A program made the translations under genes and the position numbers. A DNA stretch of 64,000 nucleotides. Source: Phoronis australis. Lineage: Eukaryota > Animalia > Phoronida. The DNA lies in NCBI GenBank assembly GCA_002633005.1, contig NMRA01000766.1, positions 80,978 to 144,977 on the forward strand, read 5' to 3'. Of the stretch, positions 25,101-37,000 are shown piece after piece (position 1 is the stretch's first letter; the number at the start of each line of letters is the position of its first letter). The notes beneath the pieces are model-generated. The model searched no databases. It worked only from the letters and a program-made list of their open reading frames with translations, and was not told the origin of the DNA.

Positions 25101-28100
25101 TCCATTTTATTGATTTTTCATTAAAGGACTCGCCATGACGGATTGCTTTTGTGACCATAAATTTTGTTCTCACCCAACCATTATTGCACAGAATTTCGTT
25201 TGCGTTCATGGCACGGAATAACATTTTCTTTCGGTTTGATTCTACTGTATGTGCCACCAATTTAAGTCCTCTTGATATGCTACCTGTTTTTGGTGCATTG
25301 TCAATTAATCATGCCATATTTATCAAATCCATTTCTTCTTGCATAGTTTATGCCATTAATTATTGTTCAGACTACATAGAATTCACTTGACACATGCCAG
25401 AGTGTTGTCGGTCAATGATTTTCATACACATTCACTCAAACTCCATGACATCACGGGTGCTGGTGCAAAATTATTTGGCTAAACTACATATTAAATGTAT
25501 TGCTTTGAATTTCAGTCGGTCCAACTTGTGTTGATAGCAATGGTTTCCGACGCGAACAGATTGCCAGCGAGCCCTACTCTTATTGGTTGGTTTCCTCCAC
25601 GTTACATCGAATCAGGAAGGAAAGCTGTGGCTCCAACATGTTTAACCTCACTTCTTGCTCATGCTCCGTGGTCACTGACAGTGAGTTGTCCTAACTGAAA
25701 CTTGAGATTTAAAGCAAGGTGCCCTGATACAAGGCTTGCCGATTTTGGGTTCATTGTCATAATCATTGAATAAATTACTGTAGATAACTCATTGAATATT
25801 TTTGTGTTAGAAACTACAGCAGAATTGACCTTTGTAATGGGAATGCTTCAAAAGAACTGAACTCATAGCCTGTAGTTTACAAGGGTGTTAGGGCCAATTC
25901 AGCTTTGACGTTTTCGTGTCCTTATCACACTTTGTGAAGTACAGTGTAACACCATCATTAGTTGGGAATCACGTAATACGTGTAGTCTCTCTCATACATA
26001 AAGCACAGCTGAAACTGTCTGGGGACTTCTTTGCCTTCTTAACCAATATTTACACCTGACTCTTCAACTGTGCTTGAACTGGAGAAAGTGTAAGGTGTAC
26101 TGTCTTTAAGTTTTTTCATGAACAAGTGATGTCACACTAATTAGTTTCTTAAAATATTGCGCCCCCTTTTGTCAACAAGAGGTAATGCAAGGTGTACTGT
26201 CTTTAAGTTTTATTCTTTACTTGCCTCTTCATGAATAAGTGATGTCACATTTTTATTACTTTGAAATTCGTTAAAAGTTGTATCCCTTTTGTCAACAAGA
26301 GAAAAGTCATTTGCAGGCATGAGGACCCATCCTAAATATTCATTTCAGGCTGCTTGCTTGTCTACATGAAGCTCAATGCCGACATCAAAGACTATAATAA
26401 CTTCGCTACGTATATCGACCCCGGTTCCGTGACCGTAGTGAACAATGCTGCTTGGTTCCCAGGCAACTCTCACATTGAGCTGCCAGTCTTCTCTAACTAC
26501 GAGTTCTCAAACACATTTGCCATCAGCCTCTGGTACAACAGTCAAATGGGCAATGACGACAAGGCTGGACTGATCACCAACGGTGACTGCTTAGGTAAGA
26601 CATGTTCTGCATCATGTTTAAGTACCTGAGGGTTTTCAGTACATTGAGTTAGCATTACTTTCTAATTTTACACGGTCAATCACATTCTGGTAACTACATG
26701 TCTTTTACCTTAAACTTGGTAAATAACTGAATTATGGCAGCACTACATGTGACTTTGTTTTTGGTACCCAATTGGGTGCGTTGGGGTTAAAGCTGACATC
26801 TTTAAAGCGACTACAAACCCTCCCCCTTCCGTTAATTTTTAGGTTTAGGCCGCTAACAGTTATAGAATTGGTCTCAAAATATTTCTTAGTCGAAATGGTG
26901 GGATTTCTGGGCTCAGAAGAATGGGCAAGTCATTATTGCTTGAGACTAGGCTCTACAAGCTCACTTATGTCATGTCAAGTCATTTTATTTGCTGAGCCTG
27001 GTCTCGTGAAATAACAAAGTGTGAGTTCTTTGCAATACCAAAAATCACTTCTTGTCTGAGTAAGGGCTAAGTTGAGATCAATTTTGTAGTCGTGGTAAAT
27101 GGTTCGAATTAGCATTTTGGGTTTTTTTTTGACGGGAATGCGGTCTTAATGACAATGAAAGCTGTTCAATGTTTAGTAATTAAAATGTAAATTGCATCGA
27201 CAATGGACAATATGAGAAACAATACATGTTTTTTGTTTAAAGTAAATCGAGAAACGTGTGTGGGTATAAGTTCACATTAATTAGATCACAATATGTGGGT
27301 ATCATTTGACCTGAGTCGAGGTCCTTTCATCGTTTTTTACCTTAAGAATGGCTTACTGCACAACAACAGTACCACACATTGATAATGACAGGAATTAATG
27401 TCTTCACATTCTACTCGCTGTTTCATTAATTCAGCGCTGTATTAGAGAGACCTGTGAAGTTAATTCTATCATCTGGACATCTTGCCATTGCAGAGGTGGG
27501 CAGCATCAACATCTGGGTGGAGTCCAACAGTGTGCTAGGCGGATACGTTACCGAGAATGACAACACGAATACGTCCATCAAGATCACAGGAACGGTAAGA
27601 GACAGCTAATCATGTTGAACATTCTCATGCCTCAACGTTGTCGAGTTTCAAGGATAGCCACGGAAAACTAATTAACTCATTTGAATCTAATGCCCCAGCT
27701 TCGTGTAAATCATGTCTCAGCTCCGTGTAAATCATGTCTATCAAAATTGGGATGCCAACTTGACCAGATCACTACCCAATCATCTACTAATTCTGAAAGT
27801 GGTAGGATAACCCCAGTTTGTTATCCAATCAAATTGAAGACATTTGAACCTCACATGTCCAAGCTATCATCAGTTGGTTATCATTGTGTGTAGTATGTTT
27901 TTCTACTTGGAACTGGTCAAATAGAAGTATCTTAATTTTAAGTTTGTTGTTAGTGGCACCTAGTGTCTCACATCTAGTGAATCTCTCAGCTCTTTTTAAG
28001 ACAAACACGTGGAAGGTTAACATAGGAATGGTTTTAGAAAACGTTAAATTAATATGCTTAGAAGAGAATGGAGAAATATATCAGTTTTCTTAGAAATATT

Positions 28101-29983
28101 AGAATTAACAGTATTTTTCATGACCATAATTTAAGTCAGCGTGGGTGAAGGTTATGTCGGTGTCGAGCATTTTCATCAAATCCAGGAAACCCTCCCTTCT
28201 GACTAATAAATTGATTATTTGCGGGATAATAAGCTCGCAATTAAGTGCAATGCTAGTGACCTAGTTTTGCCCAAACTGTCGGCTCCTAAGCTCCAGACAC
28301 ATTTACACTGTCAGGGAGATCAAGGTATTTCTACCACATGATGGCCAGGGTCCACAGAATTAATGTATCTGGTAAATATAACATGTGTATGCAGTGCAAC
28401 CAGATTGTCTCAATGCCAATCACTGTGTAAAAGTTGTCCCCGTAAGGAAAAGATAATTCTTAGATAGTGTAGTGTCTTTGAACTATTGTTTACAGGCGAC
28501 ACAAGGAGTTTGGCATCATGTTGTTATGACCTACAATGGAGTGGAAATATTCTTCTATGTTGACAACTCCCTTGTTGGACGACATGCCACGACGGGTTAG
28601 TTTAACGTATTTTGTTTTTAGGGGCAACATGGTATTTTTAATGCTATTTAACAATATGCAAAATACGTTTTCATGTCAGTGGGTAAATTTGCTTTTACGA
28701 ACCTTCTTTCATATCATCTTATTGAAATGAAGATAACTTTTATTAACTTTACATTCGTTCGGTAACACTAGATTTTGTGCTTGTTTCAATTATATTTGCC
28801 TTTGAAAGGATGTGCGTCAGGCAGTACCTCCTTGCGGATAGGTGCAAAATGGATGTATCAAAAATGTACTGTTAAGTCATAAATATCTTATTAGTTTGTA
28901 ACCCAAGCATTTGGGTGGCATAAAACCAAACGTTTTCTTCATTTCAGGTGGCATAGCAAGAACACACAATCCCATGGCATTTGGACTGTTACCGTATGTA
29001 GCAGGGTGCGACAGTGACCACTACAAAGGCTACATGAGTCAGGTAAACAGTGTGTGCAATTGTTTTTATCACATCCCGGTATAAGCAATTGGAGAAAATA
29101 CAGGGTTTTCTCGCCTTTTGGTCTCTACATGGACTTACCAACGGGTTAACTTGCTAGTGAATTTTACCACTTGGCCATGGTTGAGGCAGATGGATACTAC
29201 GGTAATATACTCCATGTTTACTCAGCTCTCACAAGGAAACGGGAAATCCCATCTGGATCATTATATCTGAATACTTATGGCATGTACTGTTTTAAGCATA
29301 CTTAATTATTAAGAACTTACCGATTCTTCTTTGAGATTTCTACTTTGTGAAACATATCCTTATCAATGGGCAATGTAAAATTTTCTAGCAAAATGTTTTT
29401 GATCACGCCAAAGTGTTTTTTAATTTGCTAAATAGGTACAAAAGTGTAATTTCTGGGGTGAACTGGTCTACGTGGCAACATTCAAAACAGTAACAGACCA
29501 TTGTTGGAGACATTTATTGATTGAATATTAAAAATAAAATCTCAGACTTTTCAAATTAATGTCATTCAGTTCGAGTATTTTGAAGCACACAGTGAATAAT
29601 TATATAATGTTGAAATATGTTAAATAGATTACATCTTTTGCATTAATTATGTGAGTGCTGGACGGATAGATTATTTGTCCCAAGTTACAGGACAAAATTA
29701 AACTGCACCTAGTGTTGTTCAATGGAAAGGACAACTCCTATCGCCAACTGGCTACTGACAGGAACAATGGGCATGCCTCTACCTCACTCCTGCAACACGG
29801 CGATATTTCTATGCACCACTAGGTGGTGTTAGGATTTGCTGGCTTCATGATACCAGGGGCTAATAGATTCGCAGATATTTCCACTCTCTTGTACCCAAGA
29901 TTTTTTTTCAGGTGAAGCTGTTCAAGTGCCACCTCACTATTTCTCAAGTTGCAACTCTCTTCAGCTATGGTAAAGGCTTCTGA
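1058..29983 (+). CDS. Pif/BMSP-like extracellular mosaic protein: EGF + 27 Sushi/CCP + 5 EGF + chitin-binding type-2-like repeats + C-terminal LamG3 (41 exons seen, 5' end outside window)
   Basis: Consistent AG/GT-bounded, in-frame exon chain: 1058-1186 (EGF); 27 Sushi exons of 174 nt from 2546 to 19232; EGF exons 20163-20282, 20706-20816, 21175-21297, 22309-22431, 23075-23215; ChtBD2-like 23626-23829, 24504-24716, 25516-25680; LamG3 26349-26594, 27494-27594, 28496-28595, 28948-29042, 29912-29983 (TGA). Sum 6641 nt (about 2200 aa) with frame preserved. No start codon or signal peptide in the window. Confidence 0.85.
1108..2125 (+). repeat. ~129-bp tandem repeat (about 8 copies) made of the 3' part of the EGF exon plus its donor site and intron start
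   Basis: TGTAAAG|GTAAGG recurs with exon-end positions 1186, 1315, 1444, 1573, 1702, 1831 (129-bp period), then 1959 and 2086 (128 and 127 bp, more diverged). Explains the 280-aa ORF 1030-1872. Confidence 0.95.
2546..5929 (+). CDS. Four divergent Sushi/CCP exons (2546-2719, 3852-4025, 4422-4595, 5756-5929)
   Basis: Each is 174 nt, phase 1-1, with the C..P...HG......Y..G..A.Y.C..GY.L.G...ITC...G.W.P....C Sushi pattern. Confidence 0.92.
3347..3594. mobile_element. MITE with ~25-bp terminal inverted repeats (PIF/Harbinger-like GGGCCC termini)
   Basis: Left gggcccattccaataaaactgactta matches the reverse complement of right taagtcagtttcttggaacgggccc; non-coding interior with ttaag-rich subrepeats. 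Confidence 0.75.
6266..16864 (+). CDS. Array of 20 alternating near-identical Sushi exons (10 type A, 10 type B)
   Basis: A exons (AKCSDPSPIPxGSVSSTGPYVAGDKATFVCQSGYHLIGDDTITCKNDGTWTPTQAVCK): 6266-6439, 7062-7235, 8169-8342, 8959-9132, 10093-10266, 11218-11391, 12312-12485, 13753-13926, 15126-15299, 16166-16339. B exons (GKCDAPPSISHGSVSASEPYVTGSTATYSCDYGFKLVGSSTVTCQNTGEWSPAPPTCK): 6740-6913, 7560-7733, 8638-8811, 9455-9628, 10611-10784, 11713-11886, 13019-13192, 14250-14423, 15845-16018, 16691-16864. All 174 nt, AG/GT bounded, no stops. Confidence 0.95.
14554..14819 (+). mobile_element. 5' end of a Harbinger-like non-autonomous DNA transposon inserted in a Sushi-array intron, truncated at an assembly N
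   Basis: Begins ggcccggttgcataaaa with internal palindromic tatccggcgtataa subrepeats. The paralogous intron at ~12007 reads tacatctggtgatttggcc without the insert (empty site); flanking sequence resumes at 14821 after the N. Confidence 0.75.
17590..19232 (+). CDS. Three divergent Sushi/CCP exons (17590-17763, 18519-18692, 19059-19232)
   Basis: 174-nt phase 1-1 exons, e.g. ANCGTPPTLPHGSFTASPPYVAGVVAKYECDEGYNIHGWPKVKCQENGEWTNLEASCK. Confidence 0.92.
20163..23215 (+). CDS. Five EGF-like exons; the first is calcium-binding EGF type
   Basis: [40 protein letters not shown] (cbEGF signature), followed by four 6-Cys EGF exons, all phase 1-1. Confidence 0.9.
23194..23377 (+). repeat. ~60-bp tandem repeat (3 diverged copies) spanning the 3' end and donor of the last EGF exon
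   Basis: cagtgtac..cagtgctgt.ggtgagttatggc.gccatt.t.gctcatgg recurs three times; the donor in copies 2 and 3 is altered (gtgtgt, atgagt). Confidence 0.8.
23626..25680 (+). CDS. Chitin-binding type-2 (peritrophin-A)-like exons, Pif97-like
   Basis: EWCDHCLTTRNGNSYNEDPEDCTKFFQC...CSSCTYWNQNLLTCV and HPQQCSSYFEC...CCSSGQSFNYTQQRCV match the ChtBD2 pattern (P.DC..F..C ... C..G..F/W......C). Confidence 0.8.
26349..29983 (+). CDS. C-terminal Laminin G3 / concanavalin A-like domain exons and stop
   Basis: FSNTFAISLWY...GLITNGDC; GVWHHVVMTYNGVEIFFYVDN; YKGYMSQVKLFKCHL...GKGF* are characteristic LamG3 motifs. Confidence 0.85.
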
Positions 29984-30268
29984 GAAAGTGAATCGGGAAT
30001 TCAAGAATTCTATTGAAGCTGTTACTGTTATTACCCTTTGTGTCTGTTTTTACATTTCTGGACTCTCGACAAGTTATTGCGCAGCCTGGATCTCGCCCAG
30101 AAGCATCTCGAGTGTAATGAACTAAAGTTAGCTTGGAACCAATATCAACAGGAAATATATAACCGTGTGAACTTCTGTTTTCTGCTTGATTTTTTCAACG
30201 CAGCTGACAAATACCGAAGAGATAACATCCAATTATTGTTACCTTAAGTACTTAAATTGTTATGTCTC

Positions 30269-30274
30269 AATAAA
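30269..30274 (+). terminator. Probable polyadenylation signal of the Pif-like gene
   Basis: AATAAA ~285 nt downstream of the TGA at 29983. Confidence 0.5.
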
Positions 30275-31029
30275 ATACTTGTTTTCAAACCTTATTAAGG
30301 TTTGCACGGTTAGTTGGCTCTTACATTTTACGTAGTGTATTACACTGTGCCTGGGTGAACTTTTTTTGTGGATATAAACGCCATGTTTGAAGACATAACC
30401 TCGCTGACCACTTTGCAGTGGACTGATCCTTCATTACCACAAGAATTATGAAGGAATACTAACCAAAAGCTCTTCATAAAATCAGCAAAACAAGACCTTT
30501 AACTTGAAATTTCCACTGGGCATTAATTGTGTGACCAAACTGTATACAAAAATAATTCTTTGCAATAACGTGTAGAAATATAAACACAATTACATATCTT
30601 TTGACCTTTGATATGCAAGACCACATCCGTGGATTCCGTGACAGTTGAGAGTGATTAAGTCAGCCATGAACAAGTAAAGGGCACCTTAGAACATGGCAAG
30701 AGTTCTGAAACAAAATAACATTTCCCTGTCATGATGCTTTAGCCCGGTGATATTCTAGAAGGGCATTTCCACCTGCAGTGGTTAAAATGTTTCCAATGGA
30801 TTTCCGATCATTCCCGGTCATGATGACTGACTACTGTAATTGTAACTTCCGCTTGTCTCTAGCCATCGTGATGATGCACTCAAGTACCTTTTGTCCCGGT
30901 TTCTTCTGGTGTGTACTGCACGAAGACAACCTTATTTGGTCGGAGGATACAGTGTGACTGTGGGACCTACCAAGCATTTTATGCCCCCTGATGTCTGTGA
31001 TATGTATCTCTGTGACTAGTTCTGTCAAT

Positions 31030-34000
31030 TTACTTCCACCTGTCTTTAGAAGCGCCCGTAGCTTGCAACTCCTCTATGCGAATGTCCTTCAAATGAATCA
31101 GCTGTTCTAACCTTCGTATTTTGGCTTGTAAGATCTAGAGAGAAGAAACAATTATTTCAACAAACATCTGTTGCACAAGCTAGTGCATGTATTGTACAAC
31201 CAGATAACACATTCAAGTTACTCTGCTGCAGTTACAGAGAGATGACACCTCACCATCTTTTGCCTACATAAGCATTAAGACGCACCCTTAAACTTACATT
31301 TAGTTCGTTGTTTACTTTTATTTAACTTCATGTGTTTTTAATTGTAAACTTTGAAAACTTGACAATGAAAACTTTTCAGTATAACACATAGCACGTCCAG
31401 TTTTAAGCTATGTAGTTTTTGTGTTCAACTATCTATCCGTTTCATTTGAGTTGTTTTCTTACAGATTTTTGAACTTCCAAAAGCAAGCTCAAATAAATAA
31501 CTTTAACACATAACCACAGTACTGCAATAAATATCCTTTGTAACAAAACTTCCAAGTAATTACTAAGTTTTAACAACAGTAATTTTAAACATATATTGTT
31601 CAATCCATAACAACTAGCCCGCCCATCTTCTAACTGTAAGTAGACTTGCAGAGCTTTACAAAAGCCAATAAATTGTTGTCAAGGTGCACACTATCACTGT
31701 TGTCAAGGTGCACACTATCACTGGGAATTCACCTGAGGTTTGTAAGACCTTAATATGCAAAGTTATGCAATAAGATGGCGCACTTTTCTGCTAAGTTTGG
31801 AAGTGTGCAAGTGGTCCACCTCACCTGTATTGTTTCCTGTTTGGCAAGACACTCTTGTTCCTTTCGCTCTAACTGTGCCATGTTTTCCTCATACAGTGTT
31901 TGGGGCACAGTGCTATTCTTAGACCCTGAGATATTGTTCATGGATGATGCCTTAGTCATACCCTGCCGAGGGGTTGCTTGCACATTCTTGACTGGACTGC
32001 TGTGAACAGGCTTGTTTGCCTGCCTTCCAACAGGTGGCCTGCCAGGACTGTTGGAGTGACTGAAACGTGCAGGAATCAGATACCAGAACATGCTGCGTTT
32101 GCTCCTTTTAGCAGAGTTCAATCAATCATATTAGGAACCATATAGTAAGAACACCTTGAGACAACGACTAATATGCTTGTGTATTTCCATGTACACTCCA
32201 TTGTTCACCAATAGAGCTTCATGGAGCCACATGGGCCCACAGTGAAATTTCTGTACTCAAATTTCTAATTGTTTTGACAACTTCTGTTATGCTTTAATTT
32301 TTTTTCCATGTCCACTTAAGTTTTTCTCAACTTACTTTTGCATGTTCTTGTCTACGTCGGTATGAACTTGAGATAAATGATTATTATTCTTTACTCGTGA
32401 ACGTTGCAACGTTTAGGTGGCTATATTTTATTAGCATTAAGTTAGTTTGCACTTGAGGACTCCAGCATTAAAGCTGTCAGCTCAAGTCAAGTGTGAATGT
32501 AAAAAAAGAACAGAAAATGTCAAAAACAGTTTGGCGAAGGGTTCACTTATTTCTATCAACATGAAGGAGAAAAACGCAAGTAAGTTTTGTGTGCACCAGA
32601 CAATTCATTTGATCAAGTTTAACCAAGAAAATGTTAAACAATTGCATGAAATCTACAAAGAAACCAGATTCCAGAAGACTGAATGTCGCAATAACATGAC
32701 AGAGATTAGAACACAAAATGGGCAATGAGAACTGCAGTACTGCTGTGGTGTCTTGTGGAGCACTGCACTTTGGTGACATAACATTACCTGGGGTTTGTTT
32801 CATGCAAAAATGACTTTAGACAGAAATGCAGTCTTACGCTTCACACAATTATTTCTAAAAAAATAAATTACTAGAACAAGAATGCAAAATCTGAGACTAT
32901 AGACTAGTTATTGGGACAATTTCTATAATTTTTAGACTCATGTGATCATAATTACTAGGCCAAACCTTAAATCAACAATTGTGCGTAGGACCAAATTTCT
33001 GTCTGTGCATAGGACCAAATTTCTGTCTGTAGTCTTAAGTCACTTTCATGAAACAGATCCCAACAGTATAACTAACCTTACTGCAGCTGTTGGTTTCCCC
33101 CGAAGTTGTTTATTACCCACACCTGAAATAAAGGAAACGCCACACGCTGTCATACTTTCATTAGGTGAAGAGCATTGTGTACTTGTCGTCACTTTGTGAC
33201 AGCAAGAGAGAAGCCATACAATCACACATTAGCTACAAGTCAAGCTCGGGTCCTTGGCATTAATCTGATTATGCAAGTTGGTTATATTGTATTTCCTCAA
33301 TTTTTAATTAAATGGACAAAAAGCTACCTTCTGTAAAAAATAAACTTTTGGCTTAGGCCACTAATTGGTCTCTTTAGTCCCTCACCAAAAAATAATGAGA
33401 TCTTGGCTTGAGAACTGACTGGTTGTTATAGCTACACACCAGGTCCATTAAGTTGCTTTGCATGGCAGTTCAGTCGCCGATGCAGGACAGCCATTGGGGG
33501 ATCCCAGCCAAGTTATTCGTAACCAATTTCAATAAATCAAGCAAAGGATAAGAAAGCTATGATATAGCTTTGTAAAGCCTAAACTAAGTTGATGGTTTCA
33601 ATACCGGAACAAGGTTTATAGGGGTTCTTAAAACAGAGCTTGGCTATGAAATGTTAGTCTTACCATTCTGCACTCGCCCAGGACTACTCATCATGTGAGT
33701 GTTTTGGTCTGCCTCAGGTTTGTCAAGCCGTGCATCATAAACATTGCGTTCGTACCCCTGTGAGCCAGCACCATCACCAAGCGAGGCGACGTGGCCCTCA
33801 ATCTTTTCCCGAAGCATCATCAATACATGCTCCATGACGTACGGCTTACAGAGGATCACTTGCCTTATGATGTTATCACTGATTTCAAAATCGAGTTTTT
33901 TAAACACTTTCCTGCAAAACAAGAAGGTTCCTTCAGAAAGGGACTAAATCAGACCAATGAAATATAACTGTTGTCAAAACTAACAAGAAAACTTCATGCA

Positions 34001-37000
34001 GCCAATCAAATCACATGGACTATGCCAGTTATGACTGGGGCAGACGTACAATCATATAGTATGCCCCACCAAACAAATTAAGATATGGTAAATCTCTCTT
34101 AATCCATCCATGGTTGGATAGTACATAAATTGACTATCGTCAGGATTTTGAGTGACGGCTTAACTGACCAATCAGGATGCAGCATTCTTGATACACCTTC
34201 GTTTCCAAGCTGCCATTTTACCCGACAAACAACACATTGCCGTGTAAAACATAATGTTTGTATGTTAACTTTTTGCAAGGGGGTAGACCTTGCGGGAAGT
34301 CAATTATTAAAAACCCATCCAAACAGGTATGCGATATCAGCTCCAGAACATTTGAAAATACAAAGTAACTTAAGGTCACCGTGGCAGTATACAAGATAAC
34401 GTTAGCACAAGAACAATGGAATTGCATGATGACACAAAACCCATAACTGAATCCCTATGATGTTGAAATAATCATTATTACCTATCAGCGGCCTAGTTTT
34501 TCTCAAAAGTCGAGCTCTCGAGCCCATCTTGGGCTCTTCATAGGGGCACTGGGTGGGATCTCCGGGTCATGTGATCACCTGGTGCCTGGTGGCCTTCAAG
34601 TGCCACCTGGTGGCTGTCACGTAAAACAAGGTGTTGGTAGATGGTGGGTAATTCATAAGTACTATCTTTTTAACTCTGGATCTCAAGAAAAACTAGGCAA
34701 CCGATAGGTAATAAATATTATTTCAATATAACGTAACAGCGCCACTTAACAACATTCATTCCACGACTTATGGTGCTATTTTTACACCAACAAAATAGGC
34801 AAATACATTCCATGAACAAAAGGGCAAAGATGAGATGAACAACATCTGAGCTTTGTACATACAGTATCCCAAAACTATAATATCACTTCCTTCTTTATTG
34901 ACTTGGGAACAAGATTTATTTGTTGCATTTATGAAGAGGCAATAAAAGTCTTCAAATCAGCACAAATGCAAATAATTTTAATTAACTTGGTCAGATCAAC
35001 TGTCTGTGGGCTTCAGACATTTTCTAGTTTCCAGTAGCAAAATGCTATAAACTTGTATTCTCTAACAATCGCATTTCCCATGTATAAATAGCCCAAGATT
35101 ACTTATGCGCCTATTTTTATATCACGACGTAGAACTACTAGAATCTAATTCACAAGAACTAAATTTGATCTCCCAGTACTGTACTGAAGTGTAATTACAT
35201 TTGTGGAACATCTTGCATGAAATTACTCAGGGCTGTTCCAGCAAAATCTGTATGGGAGGGGGGGAAGGCACTTTTATTTCGTACCCACCGCCCATATTTT
35301 TCATTTATTTCTCCAACCCATGACCCATAATTTTTTAATTATTTTTGATAGGTTAAAATATAAAATCCAACACTTGCAAACAAATTGCCACCAGGAGGAC
35401 CTGTTAAGAACTTAGATGATTGACAGACAAGAACTAGTTGTCTTGTCCAATATTGTCAAAAACTAAAGTAGCCTGTGAGCAATACTTTTGGCAGCCACCA
35501 GGTGTCTCTGTTCACCATGTGTCTATAATTTCAATGAACATTTTTTCAATTATAAGGATCTATGAATCTCAAACTGTCTCCACNGCTCCATGACGTACGG
35601 CTTACAGAGGATCACTTGCCGTATGATGTTATCACTGATTTCAAAATTGAGTTTTTTAAACACTTTCCTGCAAAACAAGAAGGTTCCTTCAGAAAGGGAC
35701 TATATCAGACCAATGAATACAATTGTTGTAAAAACTGACAAGAAAACTTCATTAAACAATGCAGCCAATCAAATCACCTGGGGCAATGCTAGTTATGACT
35801 GGGGCAGAAGTTCAATCATATAGTAGGCCCCACCAAAGAAATTTAGATGTGGTAAATCTCTCTCAATACATAAATTGACCTATCATCAGGATTTTGAGTG
35901 ACGGCTTAACTGACCAATCAGGACGCAGCATTCTTGATAAACCCTCGTTTCCAAGCTGCCATTTTACCCAACAAACAACACGTTGCTGTGTAAAACATAA
36001 TGTTTGTATGTTAACTTTTTGCAAGGGGGTAGACCTTGCGGGAAGTCAATTATTAAAAACCCATCCAAACAGGTAGGTGATATCAGCTCCAGAACATTTG
36101 AAAATACAAAGCAACTTAAGGTCACCGTGGCAGTATACAAGATAACGTTAGCACAAGAACAATGGAATTGCATGATGACACAAAACCCATAACTGAATAC
36201 CTATGATGTTGAAAAAATCATTATTACCTATCAGGGGCCTAGTTTTTCTCGAAAGTCGAGCTCTCGAGCCCATCTTGGGCTCTTCATAGGGGCACTGGGT
36301 GGGATCTCCGGGTCATGTGATCACCTGGTGCCTGGTGGCCTTCTGGTGGCCTTCTAGTGCCACCTGGTGGCTGTCACGTAAAACAAGGTGTTGGTAGATG
36401 GTGGGTAATTCATAAGTACTATCTTTTTAACTCTGGATCTCAAGAAAAACTAGGCAACCGATAGGTAATAATTATTATTTCAATAAAACATAACAGCGCC
36501 ACTTAACAACATTCATTCCACGACTTATGGTGCTATTTTTACACCAAAAAATAGGCAAATACATTCCATGAACAAAAGGGCAAAGATTGCATGAACAACA
36601 TCATACTGAGCTTTGTACATACAGTATCCCAAAACTATATCACTTCCTTATTTATTGAATTGGGAACAAGATTTATTTGTTGCATTTATGAAGAGGCAAT
36701 TAAAGTCTTCAAATCAGCACAAATGCAAATAATATTAATTAACTTGGGAACATCAACTGTCTGTGGGCTTCATACATTTTCTAGTTTCCAGTAGCAAAAT
36801 GCTATAAGCTTGTATTCTCTAACAATCGCATTTCCCACGTATAAATAGCCCAAGATTACCTATGATCCTATTTTCATATCAAGACGACGACGTAGAACTA
36901 CTAGAATCTAATTCACAAGAACTAAATTTGATCTCCCAGCACTGTACATTTGTGGAACATCCTGCATGAAATTACTCAAACAACCTGATTGTTGAAAGTT

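Noticed and set aside
26092-26301. ~100-bp local direct duplication in an intron
   Set aside because: Ordinary degenerate intronic duplication with no coding or splice signal.
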